Assembly (NCBI GenBank): GCA_017461465.1
Contig: JAFTYN010000143.1
Location: forward strand, 1 to 33,624
Length of the DNA: 33,624 bases
Origin: Bacilli bacterium
GTDB lineage: Bacteria; Bacillota_I; Bacilli_A; RF39; UBA660
Direction: 5' to 3'
Position numbers and translations under genes: made by a program. This document shows, piece by piece, positions 1 to 8,968 of this stretch. The notes beneath the pieces are model-generated. The model did not search any database. It was not told the origin of the DNA and saw only the letters and a program-made list of their open reading frames with translations. How positions within the stretch are numbered: position 1 is the first letter of the stretch; each line of letters starts with the position of its first letter.

Positions 1-141
1 GCAGTAGCTCAACTTTTAATAACAGTTTTATCTTGCTTTTTACTAAGTTTTATATCTGGAATTTGGGGATTTATTGAAAGTATTTTAATACTTTGTGGAA
101 ATGTTCAAGTAGATGGTAATGGCAATCCTTTAAAGGATTAA
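1..141 (+). CDS. 3' end of a TM2-domain-like small membrane protein (partial; 5' end lies outside the window)
   Basis: Frame 1 is open from base 1 to TAA at 139-141. It reads AVAQLLITVLSCFLLSFISGIWGFIESILILCGNVQVDGNGNPLKD. The hydrophobic helix followed by a W-x-x-I-[DE]-x-I-L-I-L tail resembles TM2-domain C-termini. Confidence 0.45.
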   Translation, partial: AVAQLLITVLSCFLLSFISGIWGFIESILILCGNVQVDGNGNPLKD

Positions 142-144
142 TTA

Positions 145-513
145 ATGAAAAGATTAAAACACACATTTGTATTAGGTATCTTTGCTATAATATTTTTATT
201 ATTTTATGTCTTTGAAATTTCATGGGATTGCCCTATAAAAAAGTATTTACATTTTGCTTGTCCTGGATGTGGTTTAACGCGCTCAATAAGGGCATTATTA
301 AATTTTAATTTGATGGACTCAATTAAGTATAATCTTTTAGGAATTCCTTTAGTAATTTCAATTATTATAATTTCAATATTTTTAATAAAAGATATTATAA
401 ATAATACTAATAAAGTAGAAAAAAAAGTTTACACAATTTTTGAAAAAAATTATAAAATTATTTTGATAATTCTTGTAATAATAACTATTATAAATAATAT
501 AAATGGTGTATAA
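145..513 (+). CDS. DUF2752-family membrane protein
   Basis: The CP(x9)FACPGCGLTRS motif after an N-terminal TM helix is the DUF2752 signature, and further TM helices follow. AAGGA lies 7 nt upstream of the ATG. Confidence 0.75.
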   Translation: MKRLKHTFVLGIFAIIFLLFYVFEISWDCPIKKYLHFACPGCGLTRSIRALLNFNLMDSIKYNLLGIPLVISIIIISIFLIKDIINNTNKVEKKVYTIFEKNYKIILIILVIITIINNINGV

Positions 514-547
514 ACAGTGGTTAAATCCACTGTTTTCTTTTTTCTTG
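514..547 (+). terminator. Rho-independent terminator
   Basis: Stem ACAGTGG (514-520) pairs with CCACTGT (527-533), loop TTAAAT, followed by a T-rich run. Confidence 0.7.
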
Positions 548-573
548 ACATCTTTCTTAAGAACCTTTACAAT
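545..573 (+). promoter_or_regulatory. Sigma-A-type promoter for rny
   Basis: TTGACA (545-550), exact 17-nt spacer, TACAAT (568-573), about 55 nt upstream of the rny start. Confidence 0.6.
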
Positions 574-629
574 AGAATTGGATGAAATAATTTAGTATAT
601 TTTATCTAAAACAATAGATGGAGGTTTAT

Positions 630-2183
630 ATGAATGAAACAGTGTTCTCCATTTTACTTGTTTTGGTAGGAATTTTTTTAGGGATAATTATATTTATTAT
701 CATTAATTATATTAGAGGAATTAGAGTTAATCAAAAAGCTGACAATATGTTAGAAAAGGCTAAAAAAGAAGCTGATAAGATAAAAAGAGATTATATATTA
801 GAAGCTAAAGAAGAGGCTCAAAAGATAAAAATAGATACTGATAAAGAAATTAAAGAGAAAAAAGCTGAATTAAAAGAATCTGAGGAACGTTTGCTTACTC
901 GTGAAGGAAATATGGATCGTCGTGACCAAACTTTACAAAACCGTGAGCAAATGCTTGAAGAAAGAGAAAATAATATAATTAATAAACAAAGAGATTTAGA
1001 GCACGAACAAGAAAAAGTGGAAGAGATTAAAAAAGAGCAAATCCAATTGTTAGAGAAAATAGCAGGTTATTCTAAAGAAGAAGCTAGAGAACTTGTTATG
1101 AAACGTGTAGAAGAAATGATGAGCTTAGAAATAGCATCATATATTAAAGATAAAGAAAGTGAAGCAAAACTTGAAGTTGATAAGAAAGCAAAATCACTTT
1201 TAGTATCTTCTATGCAAAAATATGCATCTGATGTTTCAAATGAACAAACAGTTACTGTTGTAGCGCTTCCAAATGATGATATGAAAGGTCGTATTATAGG
1301 TAGAGAAGGTAGAAATATTCGTACTATTGAATCAGTTACAGGTGTAGATTTAATTATTGATGATACTCCTGAAGCAATAGTTGTTTCTAGTTTTGATCCA
1401 TTGCGTCGTGAAATTGCTAGAATTACTATAGAAACATTAGTAAAAGATGGTAGAATCCATCCAGCTAGAATTGAAGAAGTATATGATAAGACAGTAAAAG
1501 AAATGCATAATAAAATTATTGAACTTGGAAACGAAGCTTTATTTGAATTAGGAATTACAAAAATGGATCCTGAATTAATAGAGTTATTAGGGAAATTACA
1601 CTTTAGAACTTCATATGGTCAAAATGTTTTAAGACATTCAGTTGAAGTTGCTCAATTAGCAGGTATAATGGCTGCTGAATTAGGCGAAAATGTAACACTT
1701 GCTAAAAGAGCAGGTATCTTACATGATATTGGTAAAGCAATAGATCATGAAGTAGAAGGTTCACATGTTGATTTAGGTAGTGAAATAGCAAGTAAATATA
1801 AAGAAAATAAAGTTGTTATTAATGCTATTGAATCACATCATGGTAATAAAGAAGCAACTAGTGTTATATCAGAATTAGTTGCTATTGCGGATGCTTTATC
1901 AGCAAGCCGTCCAGGAGCTAGAAATGATTCACTAGAAAATTATGTAAAAAGATTACAAGACTTAGAAGCTATTGGAAAAGATATAAATGGTGTACAAAGT
2001 ACATATGCTATTCAAGCTGGTAGAGAACTTAGAGTAATAGTTAAACCAGAAGAAATAGATGATTTAGGTAGCTTTAAAGTAGCGCGTGATATTAAAGAAA
2101 AAATTGAATCAGAACTTCAATACCCTGGTACTATAAAAGTTGTAGTTATTCGTGAAACAAGAGCAACAGAAGAAGCTAAATAA
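630..2183 (+). CDS. rny: Ribonuclease Y
   Basis: N-terminal TM helix, long Lys/Glu coiled coil, KH domain ([15 protein letters not shown]) and HD domain (RHSVEVA...LHDIGKA...ESHHG). The ATG at 630 has GGAGG 5 nt upstream. The tracked ORF opens at 618. Confidence 0.95.
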   Translation: MNETVFSILLVLVGIFLGIIIFIIINYIRGIRVNQKADNMLEKAKKEADKIKRDYILEAKEEAQKIKIDTDKEIKEKKAELKESEERLLTREGNMDRRDQTLQNREQMLEERENNIINKQRDLEHEQEKVEEIKKEQIQLLEKIAGYSKEEARELVMKRVEEMMSLEIASYIKDKESEAKLEVDKKAKSLLVSSMQKYASDVSNEQTVTVVALPNDDMKGRIIGREGRNIRTIESVTGVDLIIDDTPEAIVVSSFDPLRREIARITIETLVKDGRIHPARIEEVYDKTVKEMHNKIIELGNEALFELGITKMDPELIELLGKLHFRTSYGQNVLRHSVEVAQLAGIMAAELGENVTLAKRAGILHDIGKAIDHEVEGSHVDLGSEIASKYKENKVVINAIESHHGNKEATSVISELVAIADALSASRPGARNDSLENYVKRLQDLEAIGKDINGVQSTYAIQAGRELRVIVKPEEIDDLGSFKVARDIKEKIESELQYPGTIKVVVIRETRATEEAK

Positions 2184-2197
2184 TGCTTCTTTTTTTG
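2171..2197 (+). terminator. Weak rho-independent terminator overlapping the rny stop
   Basis: AGAAGC (2171-2176) pairs with GCTTCT (2185-2190), then a T7 run. Confidence 0.5.
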
Positions 2198-2244
2198 TTT
2201 GACTAATATATTAAAAAATGTTAATATTATACTAGGTGATGAAG

Positions 2245-2688
2245 ATGTTTAAAAAGGGTAAAAAAAATAAAGAAGAAAAAGTTAATATGAAAAAAAGTAC
2301 TGTTATTATTATTGAAGTAGTAGTAGCAGTAGTAGTTTTATTAGTAGCGTTAGGAATTAAATTTTTAGTTACTAATAAAGAAAATAAAAATATTGTTAGA
2401 TTAGAAGATCAATTAATTGAAAATATTTCATTTACAGATTTTATACTTGAATATAAAGACGGTAAAAGTGTTATAGATGTTACTTTAATTAATTATACTG
2501 AAGAACCAATTGATGTTAATAAATTAACAATCAAATTATACGCTAAAGATAATTCAAAAGTATCAGAAATAGAAATTCCATTCCCAGATTCAACAGGAAG
2601 ATTAGAAACCAACCAAAGAACACAAGCACATAATGAAACTGAAATGGATTTAAGAGGTATTTCTAAAGTAGAATATATAGTAGAATAA
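2245..2688 (+). CDS. Hypothetical membrane-anchored protein (one N-terminal TM helix plus an extracytoplasmic domain of about 100 aa)
   Basis: ORF 2236..2688. The ATG at 2245 lies 6 nt after AGGTGA. A Lys-rich N-terminus is followed by the hydrophobic helix VIIIEVVVAVVVLLVALGIKFLV. I recognise no family. A candidate promoter TTGACT (2199-2204)-17 nt-TAATAT (2222-2227) lies upstream. Confidence 0.6.
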   Translation: MFKKGKKNKEEKVNMKKSTVIIIEVVVAVVVLLVALGIKFLVTNKENKNIVRLEDQLIENISFTDFILEYKDGKSVIDVTLINYTEEPIDVNKLTIKLYAKDNSKVSEIEIPFPDSTGRLETNQRTQAHNETEMDLRGISKVEYIVE

Positions 2689-2690
2689 AA

Positions 2691-2717
2691 AAAGATGTTT
2701 CGTTAAGAAACATCTTT
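2691..2717. terminator. Bidirectional terminator between convergent genes
   Basis: AAAGATGTTTC (2691-2701) pairs with GAAACATCTTT (2707-2717), an 11-bp perfect stem, flanked by an A-run upstream and a T-run downstream. Confidence 0.75.
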
Positions 2718-3410
2718 TTATGTAAATAGTAACAATATAATTTGCATTGACATTGATATACCATTATGGAATAAGTGTAATCCCATTGGAACAAATATAT
2801 TATCTGATTTATAAAAAGTATATGCAAATATAAATCCTGGTATAGAATATGGAATTATATAAAGTAAATCAACAGCAGTTTTAAAAAGTGGAATTACATG
2901 GAATGAACCAAATACTAACCCAGATAATAATATAAATAAATATTTATTTTTAAACATAGCTCTAAAAGATAATCTAAATGCAAATTCTTCAATTATCGGA
3001 GCAAGCATAACACTAAGAATAAATACATATACTGGCATTTCAGTAAACATTTCATTAATAACATCTTGATTATTTGGACCTGTCCCTTTAAAAAATAACA
3101 TTATAATACCATTAGATAATACCATAAGACCATACATTAAAAACCAGTATTTAAAATATTTTTTAAAATATTCTTTATGATTTTTCTTTAAATTTTTAAA
3201 ACACTTTATAATATAATCTTTAAATAATAAGAATATAGATAAAATAATAATTAATTCAATAACAATAGTATAAGTAGCAGTTACAAATTTAGATAAACTT
3301 TCAATATCAATACCCAAAAGTAAGAATGGTAAAGCTTGAAGTTCTGTAACTAAAAAATATATAAGAAAGGCACTAATACCTTTTAAAGCAAGATTCTTAT
3401 CTTTTTTCAT
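2718..3410 (-). CDS. CPBP-family intramembrane glutamic endopeptidase (CAAX protease/Abi-like)
   Basis: Polytopic membrane protein carrying the three CPBP motifs: IIEEFAFR (EExxxR), FGSFH (FxxxH) and HLFHN (HxxxN). GGTGA RBS. Confidence 0.85.
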   Translation of the reverse strand: MKKDKNLALKGISAFLIYFLVTELQALPFLLLGIDIESLSKFVTATYTIVIELIIILSIFLLFKDYIIKCFKNLKKNHKEYFKKYFKYWFLMYGLMVLSNGIIMLFFKGTGPNNQDVINEMFTEMPVYVFILSVMLAPIIEEFAFRLSFRAMFKNKYLFILLSGLVFGSFHVIPLFKTAVDLLYIIPYSIPGFIFAYTFYKSDNIFVPMGLHLFHNGISMSMQIILLLFT

Positions 3411-3459
3411 ATAATCACCATTATAATTATATCAAAAATATTATCATTTAGTTATATTT

Positions 3460-3490
3460 TTGTTCTATTTTATAAAAAATGTGCTATAAT
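3460..3490 (+). promoter_or_regulatory. Extended -10 promoter for the rimP-nusA-infB operon
   Basis: TGTGCTATAAT, with TATAAT at 3485-3490 and TG at 3482-3483. The -35-like TTGTTC at 3460-3465 is weak, with a 19-nt spacer. Confidence 0.5.
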
Positions 3491-3505
3491 ACATATAGCT
3501 GCAAG

Positions 3506-3540
3506 AGAGAGTGGGGTTGATTCCCCACTCTTTAATGTAA
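3506..3540 (+). promoter_or_regulatory. GC-rich leader hairpin with an interrupted U-tract (candidate attenuator)
   Basis: AGAGTGGGG (3508-3516) pairs with CCCCACTCT (3523-3531), loop TTGATT, then TTAATGTAAT, immediately before the rimP RBS. Confidence 0.45.
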
Positions 3541-3553
3541 TATGGAGGTAAAA

Positions 3554-3808
3554 ATGAGTATAGAAGAAAAAGTTACAAATCTTATTAAATCAACAATTGA
3601 AGAAAATGGTTTTAAACTTGATAAGGTAGAATATGTGAAAGAAGGTAGAACATATTTTCTTCGAATTATAATTGATAAAGATGGGGTAGTTGATGTAGAA
3701 GATACTGTAAAAGTATTTCATTTAGTTAGTCCGATGTTGGATGAAGATGATCCAATTGAAGATGCTTATTATTTAGATGTTTGTTCAAAAGAGAAGGGAA
3801 AAGAATAA
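3554..3808 (+). CDS. rimP: Ribosome maturation factor RimP, N-terminal domain only (84 aa)
   Basis: It sits directly upstream of nusA. The sequence ...EENGFKLDKVEYVKEGRTYFLRIIIDKDGVVDVEDTVKVFHLVSPMLDEDDPIEDAYYLDV matches the RimP N-domain pattern. It stops where the SSPG motif and C-domain normally begin. GGAGG lies 5 nt before the ATG at 3554. Confidence 0.75.
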   Translation: MSIEEKVTNLIKSTIEENGFKLDKVEYVKEGRTYFLRIIIDKDGVVDVEDTVKVFHLVSPMLDEDDPIEDAYYLDVCSKEKGKE

Positions 3809-3809
3809 A

Positions 3810-4880
3810 ATGAATAGTAAAGAATTTTTAAATGCTGTTGAATTATTAAAAAAAGAAAAAAATATTCCAGAAGATACAATTTATGAAGCTATGGAACTTG
3901 CTTTAACTAGTGCTTATAAAAAACATTTTCAATCTCTTGATAATGTTAGAGTAGAGATCGATAGAAAAAAAGGTGATATCAAAGTATTTTCTTTCATTAC
4001 AATTGTAAGTGATGATGATTTTGAAGATGAAAGATATCAAATGATTTATGAAGAAGCTATTAAAGAAATACCTGATATTCAAATAGGTGATACTATTGAA
4101 ACAGAAGTAACTCCAAAAGATTTTGGACGTGTTGCAGCTGCTACAGCTAAACAAGTTGTTGTACAAAAAATTAGAGAAGCTGAAAGAAATATAATAATTG
4201 AAGAATTTGGTGATAAACAAGATGAAATGGTTAGTGGATTAGTTGCTATGGAAGACCAAAGAAATTATTATATTGACTTAGGAAAAACTCAAGGAATTTT
4301 ACCAAAGAGCGAAATTATACCTGGTGAAGAAATTAAGATGGGCTCAAATATTAAAGTTTATATAACTAAAGTAGAAAGCAATAGTAAAGGACCACTTATT
4401 TTACTTTCTAGAAATCATTATGGTTTTGTTAAAAGATTATTTGAACTTGAAATTCCTGAAATTAATGAAGGTTTAGTACTTGTTTATAGTGTAGCTCGTG
4501 AAGCTGGTGTACGTACTAAAATAGCTGTTTATTCAGAAGATAGTAATGTAGATGCAGTAGGAGCTTGTATTGGTGAAAAGGGAACTAGAATTGCTAATAT
4601 CTTAAGAGAATTAGGCAATGAAAAAGTAGATATTATTCCTTATGATAAAGAAGCATCTAAGTTTATTGAAAATGCTTTAAGTCCAGCTAAAGAATTAAAA
4701 GTATTTGTTACAGATGAAAAAAATAAGGAAGCTTTAGTTATAGTTAATAAAGATAATTTATCTTTAGCAATTGGTAAAAAAGGATTAAATGTTAAACTTG
4801 CATCAAGATTAACTAAATTTAAAATTGATGTTAAAACATATGAACAAGCTAAAGAATTAGGAATCAATATAGTTGATTAA
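3810..4880 (+). CDS. nusA: Transcription termination/antitermination factor NusA
   Basis: MNSKEFLNAVELLKKEKNIPEDTIYEAMELALTSAYKK is a NusA N-domain. It is followed by an S1 domain and two KH domains (ACIGEKGTRI, LAIGKKGLNVKLA). The ATG at 3810 lies 1 nt after the rimP stop. The tracked ORF extends upstream to 3777. Confidence 0.95.
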   Translation: MNSKEFLNAVELLKKEKNIPEDTIYEAMELALTSAYKKHFQSLDNVRVEIDRKKGDIKVFSFITIVSDDDFEDERYQMIYEEAIKEIPDIQIGDTIETEVTPKDFGRVAAATAKQVVVQKIREAERNIIIEEFGDKQDEMVSGLVAMEDQRNYYIDLGKTQGILPKSEIIPGEEIKMGSNIKVYITKVESNSKGPLILLSRNHYGFVKRLFELEIPEINEGLVLVYSVAREAGVRTKIAVYSEDSNVDAVGACIGEKGTRIANILRELGNEKVDIIPYDKEASKFIENALSPAKELKVFVTDEKNKEALVIVNKDNLSLAIGKKGLNVKLASRLTKFKIDVKTYEQAKELGINIVD

Positions 4881-4894
4881 TAAGGAGGAATAAT

Positions 4895-5149
4895 ATGAAA
4901 AAAATTCCAACAAGAACATGTATAATAACAAAAGAAAAACTACCAAAACAAGAATTAATAAGAGTTGTTAGAACTCCAGAAGGAAGTGTAGTTGTTGATA
5001 CTACTGGTAAGTTAAATGGAAGAGGGGCTTACTTAAAAAAAGATTTAGCAGTTTTCGAAAAAGCTAAAAAGTCTAAAGTGTTAGATAGACACTTAGAAGT
5101 TTCAGTAGATGATAGCTTATATGAAGCTCTAAATGATTTATTAAAATAA
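4895..5149 (+). CDS. ylxR: YlxR/DUF448-family RNA-binding protein
   Basis: RTCIITKEKLPKQELIRVV...GRGAYL is the YlxR signature. It occupies the conserved position between nusA and infB. AAGGAGG RBS. Confidence 0.9.
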   Translation: MKKIPTRTCIITKEKLPKQELIRVVRTPEGSVVVDTTGKLNGRGAYLKKDLAVFEKAKKSKVLDRHLEVSVDDSLYEALNDLLK

Positions 5150-5167
5150 AGAAAAGAGGTGTTATTT

Positions 5168-7282
5168 ATGATGAGTGTATTTGAATACGCTGAAGACATG
5201 AATAAAACAGTTAGTGAAATATTAAAAAAATGTAAGGAACTTGGTATTGATGCATATGAAGAAGAAGATATGTTAGATGATGAAGCTATTACATTACTTG
5301 ATAATGTTTTTGCTAATGAAGAAGAAACAACCTACGAAGAAAACTTAGAAGACATAGAAGTTGTTGTTGATAATCAAGTTATTGATAATGATAAAGTTAT
5401 AAATAAACAAAAATTAAAGAAGAAAACGGATAATGCTAAAAAAACTAATGTAAATGCAAAAAAAGAATTTGCTAATAAGAAAAAAGAAATGTATAAGAAT
5501 AAGGAAAAACTTATGTCTAATACATCAACTTTAAATGAAAATATTATTGTTTACAAAGAAAATATGACAGTTAGTGAACTTGCTAGCTTATTAAATGTTA
5601 GTGGTACTGAATTAGTAAAAAAATTATTCTCTCTAGGTGTAATGGCTACACTTAATAATTCTATTAGTTATGAAAACGCTGAAATATTAGTTTTAGATTA
5701 TGGTAAAGAATTAAAGAGTGAAGAAACAACAAGTGTAGTTAACTTTGAAAAATTAGAAATAGTAGATGATGAAAAAGATTTACTTCCAAGACCAGCAGTG
5801 GTAACAATAATGGGACATGTTGATCATGGTAAAACTACTTTACTTGATACAATTAAAAATACTAATGTTGCTGAAGGTGAAGCTGGTGGTATTACCCAAG
5901 CTATAAGCGCATATCAAGTAAATTATGAAGGAAAAATAATTACTTTTATTGATACTCCAGGACATGCTGCATTTACAGAAATGCGTGCAAGAGGAGCAGG
6001 AATTACTGATATAGTTATAATTATAGTAGCAGCAGATGATGGTGTTATGCCACAAACAAAAGAAGCAATAGATCATGCTAAAGCTGCAGGTGTACCTATT
6101 TTAGTTGCTATTAATAAAATAGATAAACCTGATGCTAATCCAGATAGAGTACTTCAAGAATTAGCAGAATATGGATTAACTCCTGAAGAATGGGGCGGAG
6201 ATACTATTGTAACTAGAATTTCTGCAAAACAAGGTATCGGCATTCCAGAACTTTTAGAAAACATTCTATTAGTATCAGAAATGGAAGAATATAAAGCTAA
6301 TCCAAATAGATATGCTGTAGGAACTGTTATTGAAGCTAGACTTGATAAGTCATTAGGACCTGTAGTAAGTGTTCTTGTACAAAATGGTACATTACGTTTA
6401 GGAGATCCTGTAGTCGTAGGACATGCAGTAGGTAAAGTTCGTACTTTAAAAAATGATAAAGGTCAAGATTTAACTGAAGCTATTCCATCTATGCCAGTAG
6501 AGATAACAGGTTTAAATGAAACACCTTCTTCTGGTGATAGATTTATGGCTTTTGAATCAGAAAAAGAAGCTAAGAAAATAGCAGAACAAAGAAAAGAACA
6601 AGCTAAAGCTCTAGCAAACGCACCAAAACAAGCTGTAAGTTTAGATGATTTATTTGCACAAATTCAAGAAGGAAATAAAGAAATAAATGTAATAATTAAA
6701 GCAGATGTTAATGGTAGTGCAGAAGCTGTTAAAAACTCACTTGAAAAAATAGAAGTAGAAGATGTTAGAGTTAAAGTTATTAGAAGTAGTGTAGGTGCTA
6801 TCACTGAAAGTGATATAGTTCTTGCAAAAGCTTCAAACGCTATTATTATAGGTTTTAATGTAAGACCAAATAATCAAATTAAAGATAAAGCTAAAGAATC
6901 TGGTGTAGATATTCGTTTATACAATATTATTTATAAAGCAGTAGAAGAAATGGAAGCTGCTATGAAAGGTATGTTAGATCCAATTTTTGAAGAAAAAGTA
7001 CTTGGAACTGCAGAAGTAAGACAATTATTTAAATTTTCTAAAGTTGGTATTATAGCAGGATCATATATTACAGATGGTATTGTAAAACGTGATGCTAAAG
7101 CAAGAATTATAAGAGATGGTGTTGTAGTGTTTGATGGTAGTATTAATTCTTTACAAAGAGGTAAAGATGCTGTTAAAGAAGTTAAAAAAGGACTTGAATG
7201 TGGTATTACTATTGAAAACTACACAGATATAAAAGTTTCAGATGTTATAGAAGCATATGAAATGGTTGAAGTAAAAAGATAA
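5168..7282 (+). CDS. infB: Translation initiation factor IF-2
   Basis: G domain motifs [17 protein letters not shown] and NKID, plus the IF-2 C-terminal domains. The ATG at 5168 lies 6 nt after AGAGGTG. Confidence 0.95.
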   Translation: MMSVFEYAEDMNKTVSEILKKCKELGIDAYEEEDMLDDEAITLLDNVFANEEETTYEENLEDIEVVVDNQVIDNDKVINKQKLKKKTDNAKKTNVNAKKEFANKKKEMYKNKEKLMSNTSTLNENIIVYKENMTVSELASLLNVSGTELVKKLFSLGVMATLNNSISYENAEILVLDYGKELKSEETTSVVNFEKLEIVDDEKDLLPRPAVVTIMGHVDHGKTTLLDTIKNTNVAEGEAGGITQAISAYQVNYEGKIITFIDTPGHAAFTEMRARGAGITDIVIIIVAADDGVMPQTKEAIDHAKAAGVPILVAINKIDKPDANPDRVLQELAEYGLTPEEWGGDTIVTRISAKQGIGIPELLENILLVSEMEEYKANPNRYAVGTVIEARLDKSLGPVVSVLVQNGTLRLGDPVVVGHAVGKVRTLKNDKGQDLTEAIPSMPVEITGLNETPSSGDRFMAFESEKEAKKIAEQRKEQAKALANAPKQAVSLDDLFAQIQEGNKEINVIIKADVNGSAEAVKNSLEKIEVEDVRVKVIRSSVGAITESDIVLAKASNAIIIGFNVRPNNQIKDKAKESGVDIRLYNIIYKAVEEMEAAMKGMLDPIFEEKVLGTAEVRQLFKFSKVGIIAGSYITDGIVKRDAKARIIRDGVVVFDGSINSLQRGKDAVKEVKKGLECGITIENYTDIKVSDVIEAYEMVEVKR

Positions 7283-7306
7283 CTAGAATTTACATTCTAG
7301 TTTTTT
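7283..7306 (+). terminator. Rho-independent terminator after infB
   Basis: CTAGAAT (7283-7289) pairs with ATTCTAG (7294-7300), then T6. Confidence 0.8.
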
Positions 7307-7375
7307 CTTTTTCTTACAAATATTTACTTTTAAGTTTAAACATAGTAAAATATAAATAGAATAGGTGGTGTATGT

Positions 7376-8476
7376 ATGATAAATAGTTTAGATATGAAAG
7401 AAGTATCAAAAATATCATATAATGCAGATACAAGAAAAGAAGTTTTTAGATTTGATATTATATATCGTGATGGAAGAACTGAAAGTAAAGAAATACCGCT
7501 TTATGTATTTGACTTAGAAGCAAATAAAAAAGTAGTAAATAGTGACGCTATTAATATAGCTAATTTTGTAACGGAATCTTCAAAAAAAATAAATGCTGCT
7601 AATGATAAAAAAGTAGAACCTACAAAAGAAGAAAATAAAAAAGAAGATGTTCCTTCTAATACTGAAGAAACTATAGAGCAAATGGCTGTAACTCCAGTAA
7701 AAACAGAAGTTAAAGTTACTCAACCATTCTCAGAAAGAAAATTAGATACTCTAAATAATATATTAAAAGCAAAAGTAAGAGCGGAATTATCAGAAGAAGA
7801 ACTTCAAAGCGAATTACAAAAACTTTCTCGTCAGTATGATGTTTCAAGTAAAAGTATGGAAGTTTTATATAAAAAAGCTCAGTTAGAGGTTCGAAAAGAT
7901 AATGCAGAAGCAATAGCTAGAAAAAAATTAACTGGCAGAAAAATTCCTTCTAAATTTCAAGCAAGAAAGAATGAAAAAATAGAAGTAACTGATATAAGAA
8001 AACAATCTTTATATAATAGAAAAAGTTATATAGAAAGATCAAAAGATTTAGTTATTCCAGAATTTAAAGAAGATTGGATAAGATATATAAATGAAAATCA
8101 TCGTCAGCCAGTACATATTTATGGTGCTGTTGACATCATGGTTATGATTAATAATGGTACTAATATAAGAGAAATACATAAGTACTTAGATAATCTTCAT
8201 AATTCTGCAACTAACGCTAGTATGGCGCTTGATTTATTAGAAAAATATTCACCATATGGAAAAGAATTATCTAAAAAATGTCGTAAATATAGAATGTCTA
8301 GACCAGAAAGATTAAAGAATTTTGTTTTAGATAAAACTTCATTATTTGTGGAAAAAGTAGATGAAAAAGATTCTAATCAAGCAATAGAAGAATTAAAAGC
8401 ATTAAGATCAAGTCTTAAAGAAATGGAAGAAATACAGTTAACAACATTAACAGAAGAAAATAGCAAGACTATGTAA
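7376..8476 (+). CDS. Hypothetical protein, 366 aa, Lys/Glu-rich with predicted coiled-coil stretches
   Basis: Long ORF with AGGTGG 7 nt upstream of the ATG, bracketed by terminators on both sides. I recognise no family motif. Confidence 0.7.
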   Translation: MINSLDMKEVSKISYNADTRKEVFRFDIIYRDGRTESKEIPLYVFDLEANKKVVNSDAINIANFVTESSKKINAANDKKVEPTKEENKKEDVPSNTEETIEQMAVTPVKTEVKVTQPFSERKLDTLNNILKAKVRAELSEEELQSELQKLSRQYDVSSKSMEVLYKKAQLEVRKDNAEAIARKKLTGRKIPSKFQARKNEKIEVTDIRKQSLYNRKSYIERSKDLVIPEFKEDWIRYINENHRQPVHIYGAVDIMVMINNGTNIREIHKYLDNLHNSATNASMALDLLEKYSPYGKELSKKCRKYRMSRPERLKNFVLDKTSLFVEKVDEKDSNQAIEELKALRSSLKEMEEIQLTTLTEENSKTM

Positions 8477-8499
8477 AGAGAGGTAAACTCTCTTTTTTG
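8477..8499 (+). terminator. Rho-independent terminator
   Basis: AGAGAG (8477-8482) pairs with CTCTCT (8488-8493), then T5. A third AGAGAG copy plus T6 at 8510-8521 could form a second, overlapping hairpin. Confidence 0.75.
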
Positions 8500-8548
8500 T
8501 TTATTATTAGAGAGTTTTTTGATATAATACAAGTGTGAGGTGGATAAT

Positions 8549-8902
8549 ATGAGTATAAAAATAGATAGAATTGCAAGTAATTTAGTTAAAGAAATTAGCT
8601 ATATACTTATGACTGAAGTAAAGGATCCAAATGTTAAATTTGTAACAGTAACAGATTGCAAGGTAACTAACGATTTATCTTATGCTAAAGTATATGTTAC
8701 TATGTTAAATAATGAGTTTAAAGAAGAAACTATGAATGCTCTTAAAAGTGCAAGTGGTTTTATTAGACATGAATTGATGGATCGTGTTGAAATAAGACAT
8801 ATTCCAGAATTAGAGTTCGTATATGATGAATCTATTGAATATGGTAAAAAAATAGAGAATATTATTGAAAAAATTAATGAGAAAGAAGAAAAAGATAACT
8901 AA
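8549..8902 (+). CDS. rbfA: Ribosome-binding factor A
   Basis: RIASNLVKEISYILMTEVKDPNVKFVTVTDCKVTNDLSYAKVYVT matches the RbfA pattern. GAGGTGG lies 5 nt before the ATG at 8549. An extended -10, TGATATAAT, lies about 25 nt upstream. Confidence 0.9.
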   Translation: MSIKIDRIASNLVKEISYILMTEVKDPNVKFVTVTDCKVTNDLSYAKVYVTMLNNEFKEETMNALKSASGFIRHELMDRVEIRHIPELEFVYDESIEYGKKIENIIEKINEKEEKDN

Positions 8903-8968
8903 AATTATCTTTTTTTTACTATTTTATGGTATTATGTAGTTAATGGTTAATAGATGTGAGGGATGTAC

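Noticed and set aside
2260-2275. Homopolymeric A tracts near 5' ends of genes (for example A8 at about 2266-2273) as possible phase-variation switches.
   Set aside because: Such A-runs are common throughout this Lys-rich, AT-rich coding sequence. Nothing, such as alternative-frame ORFs, suggests slipped-strand regulation.
3777-3809. Upstream extensions of nusA (from 3777), pheT (from 29129), rny (618), infB (5159), rbfA (8540), lon (14033) and sigK (24085).
   Set aside because: In each case an internal ATG with a properly spaced GGAGG/GGTG-type RBS gives the conserved N-terminus. The extensions overlap the upstream gene or the RBS itself.
3903-4220. The ORF track lists many minus-strand ORFs inside recognised + strand genes: 3903..4220, 4640..4867, 5840..6076, 7716..7913, 10185..10457, 12250..12606, 13466..13690, 14583..14786, 14725..14922, 16365..16595, 21860..22147, 28101..28415, 31579..31776 and 31918..32124.
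   Set aside because: All lie antisense within genes that have strong motif support or long, well-formed ORFs. Their translations are low-complexity Ser/Phe/Leu/Ile-rich strings, as expected from the reverse complement of AT-rich coding DNA. None has a convincing RBS.
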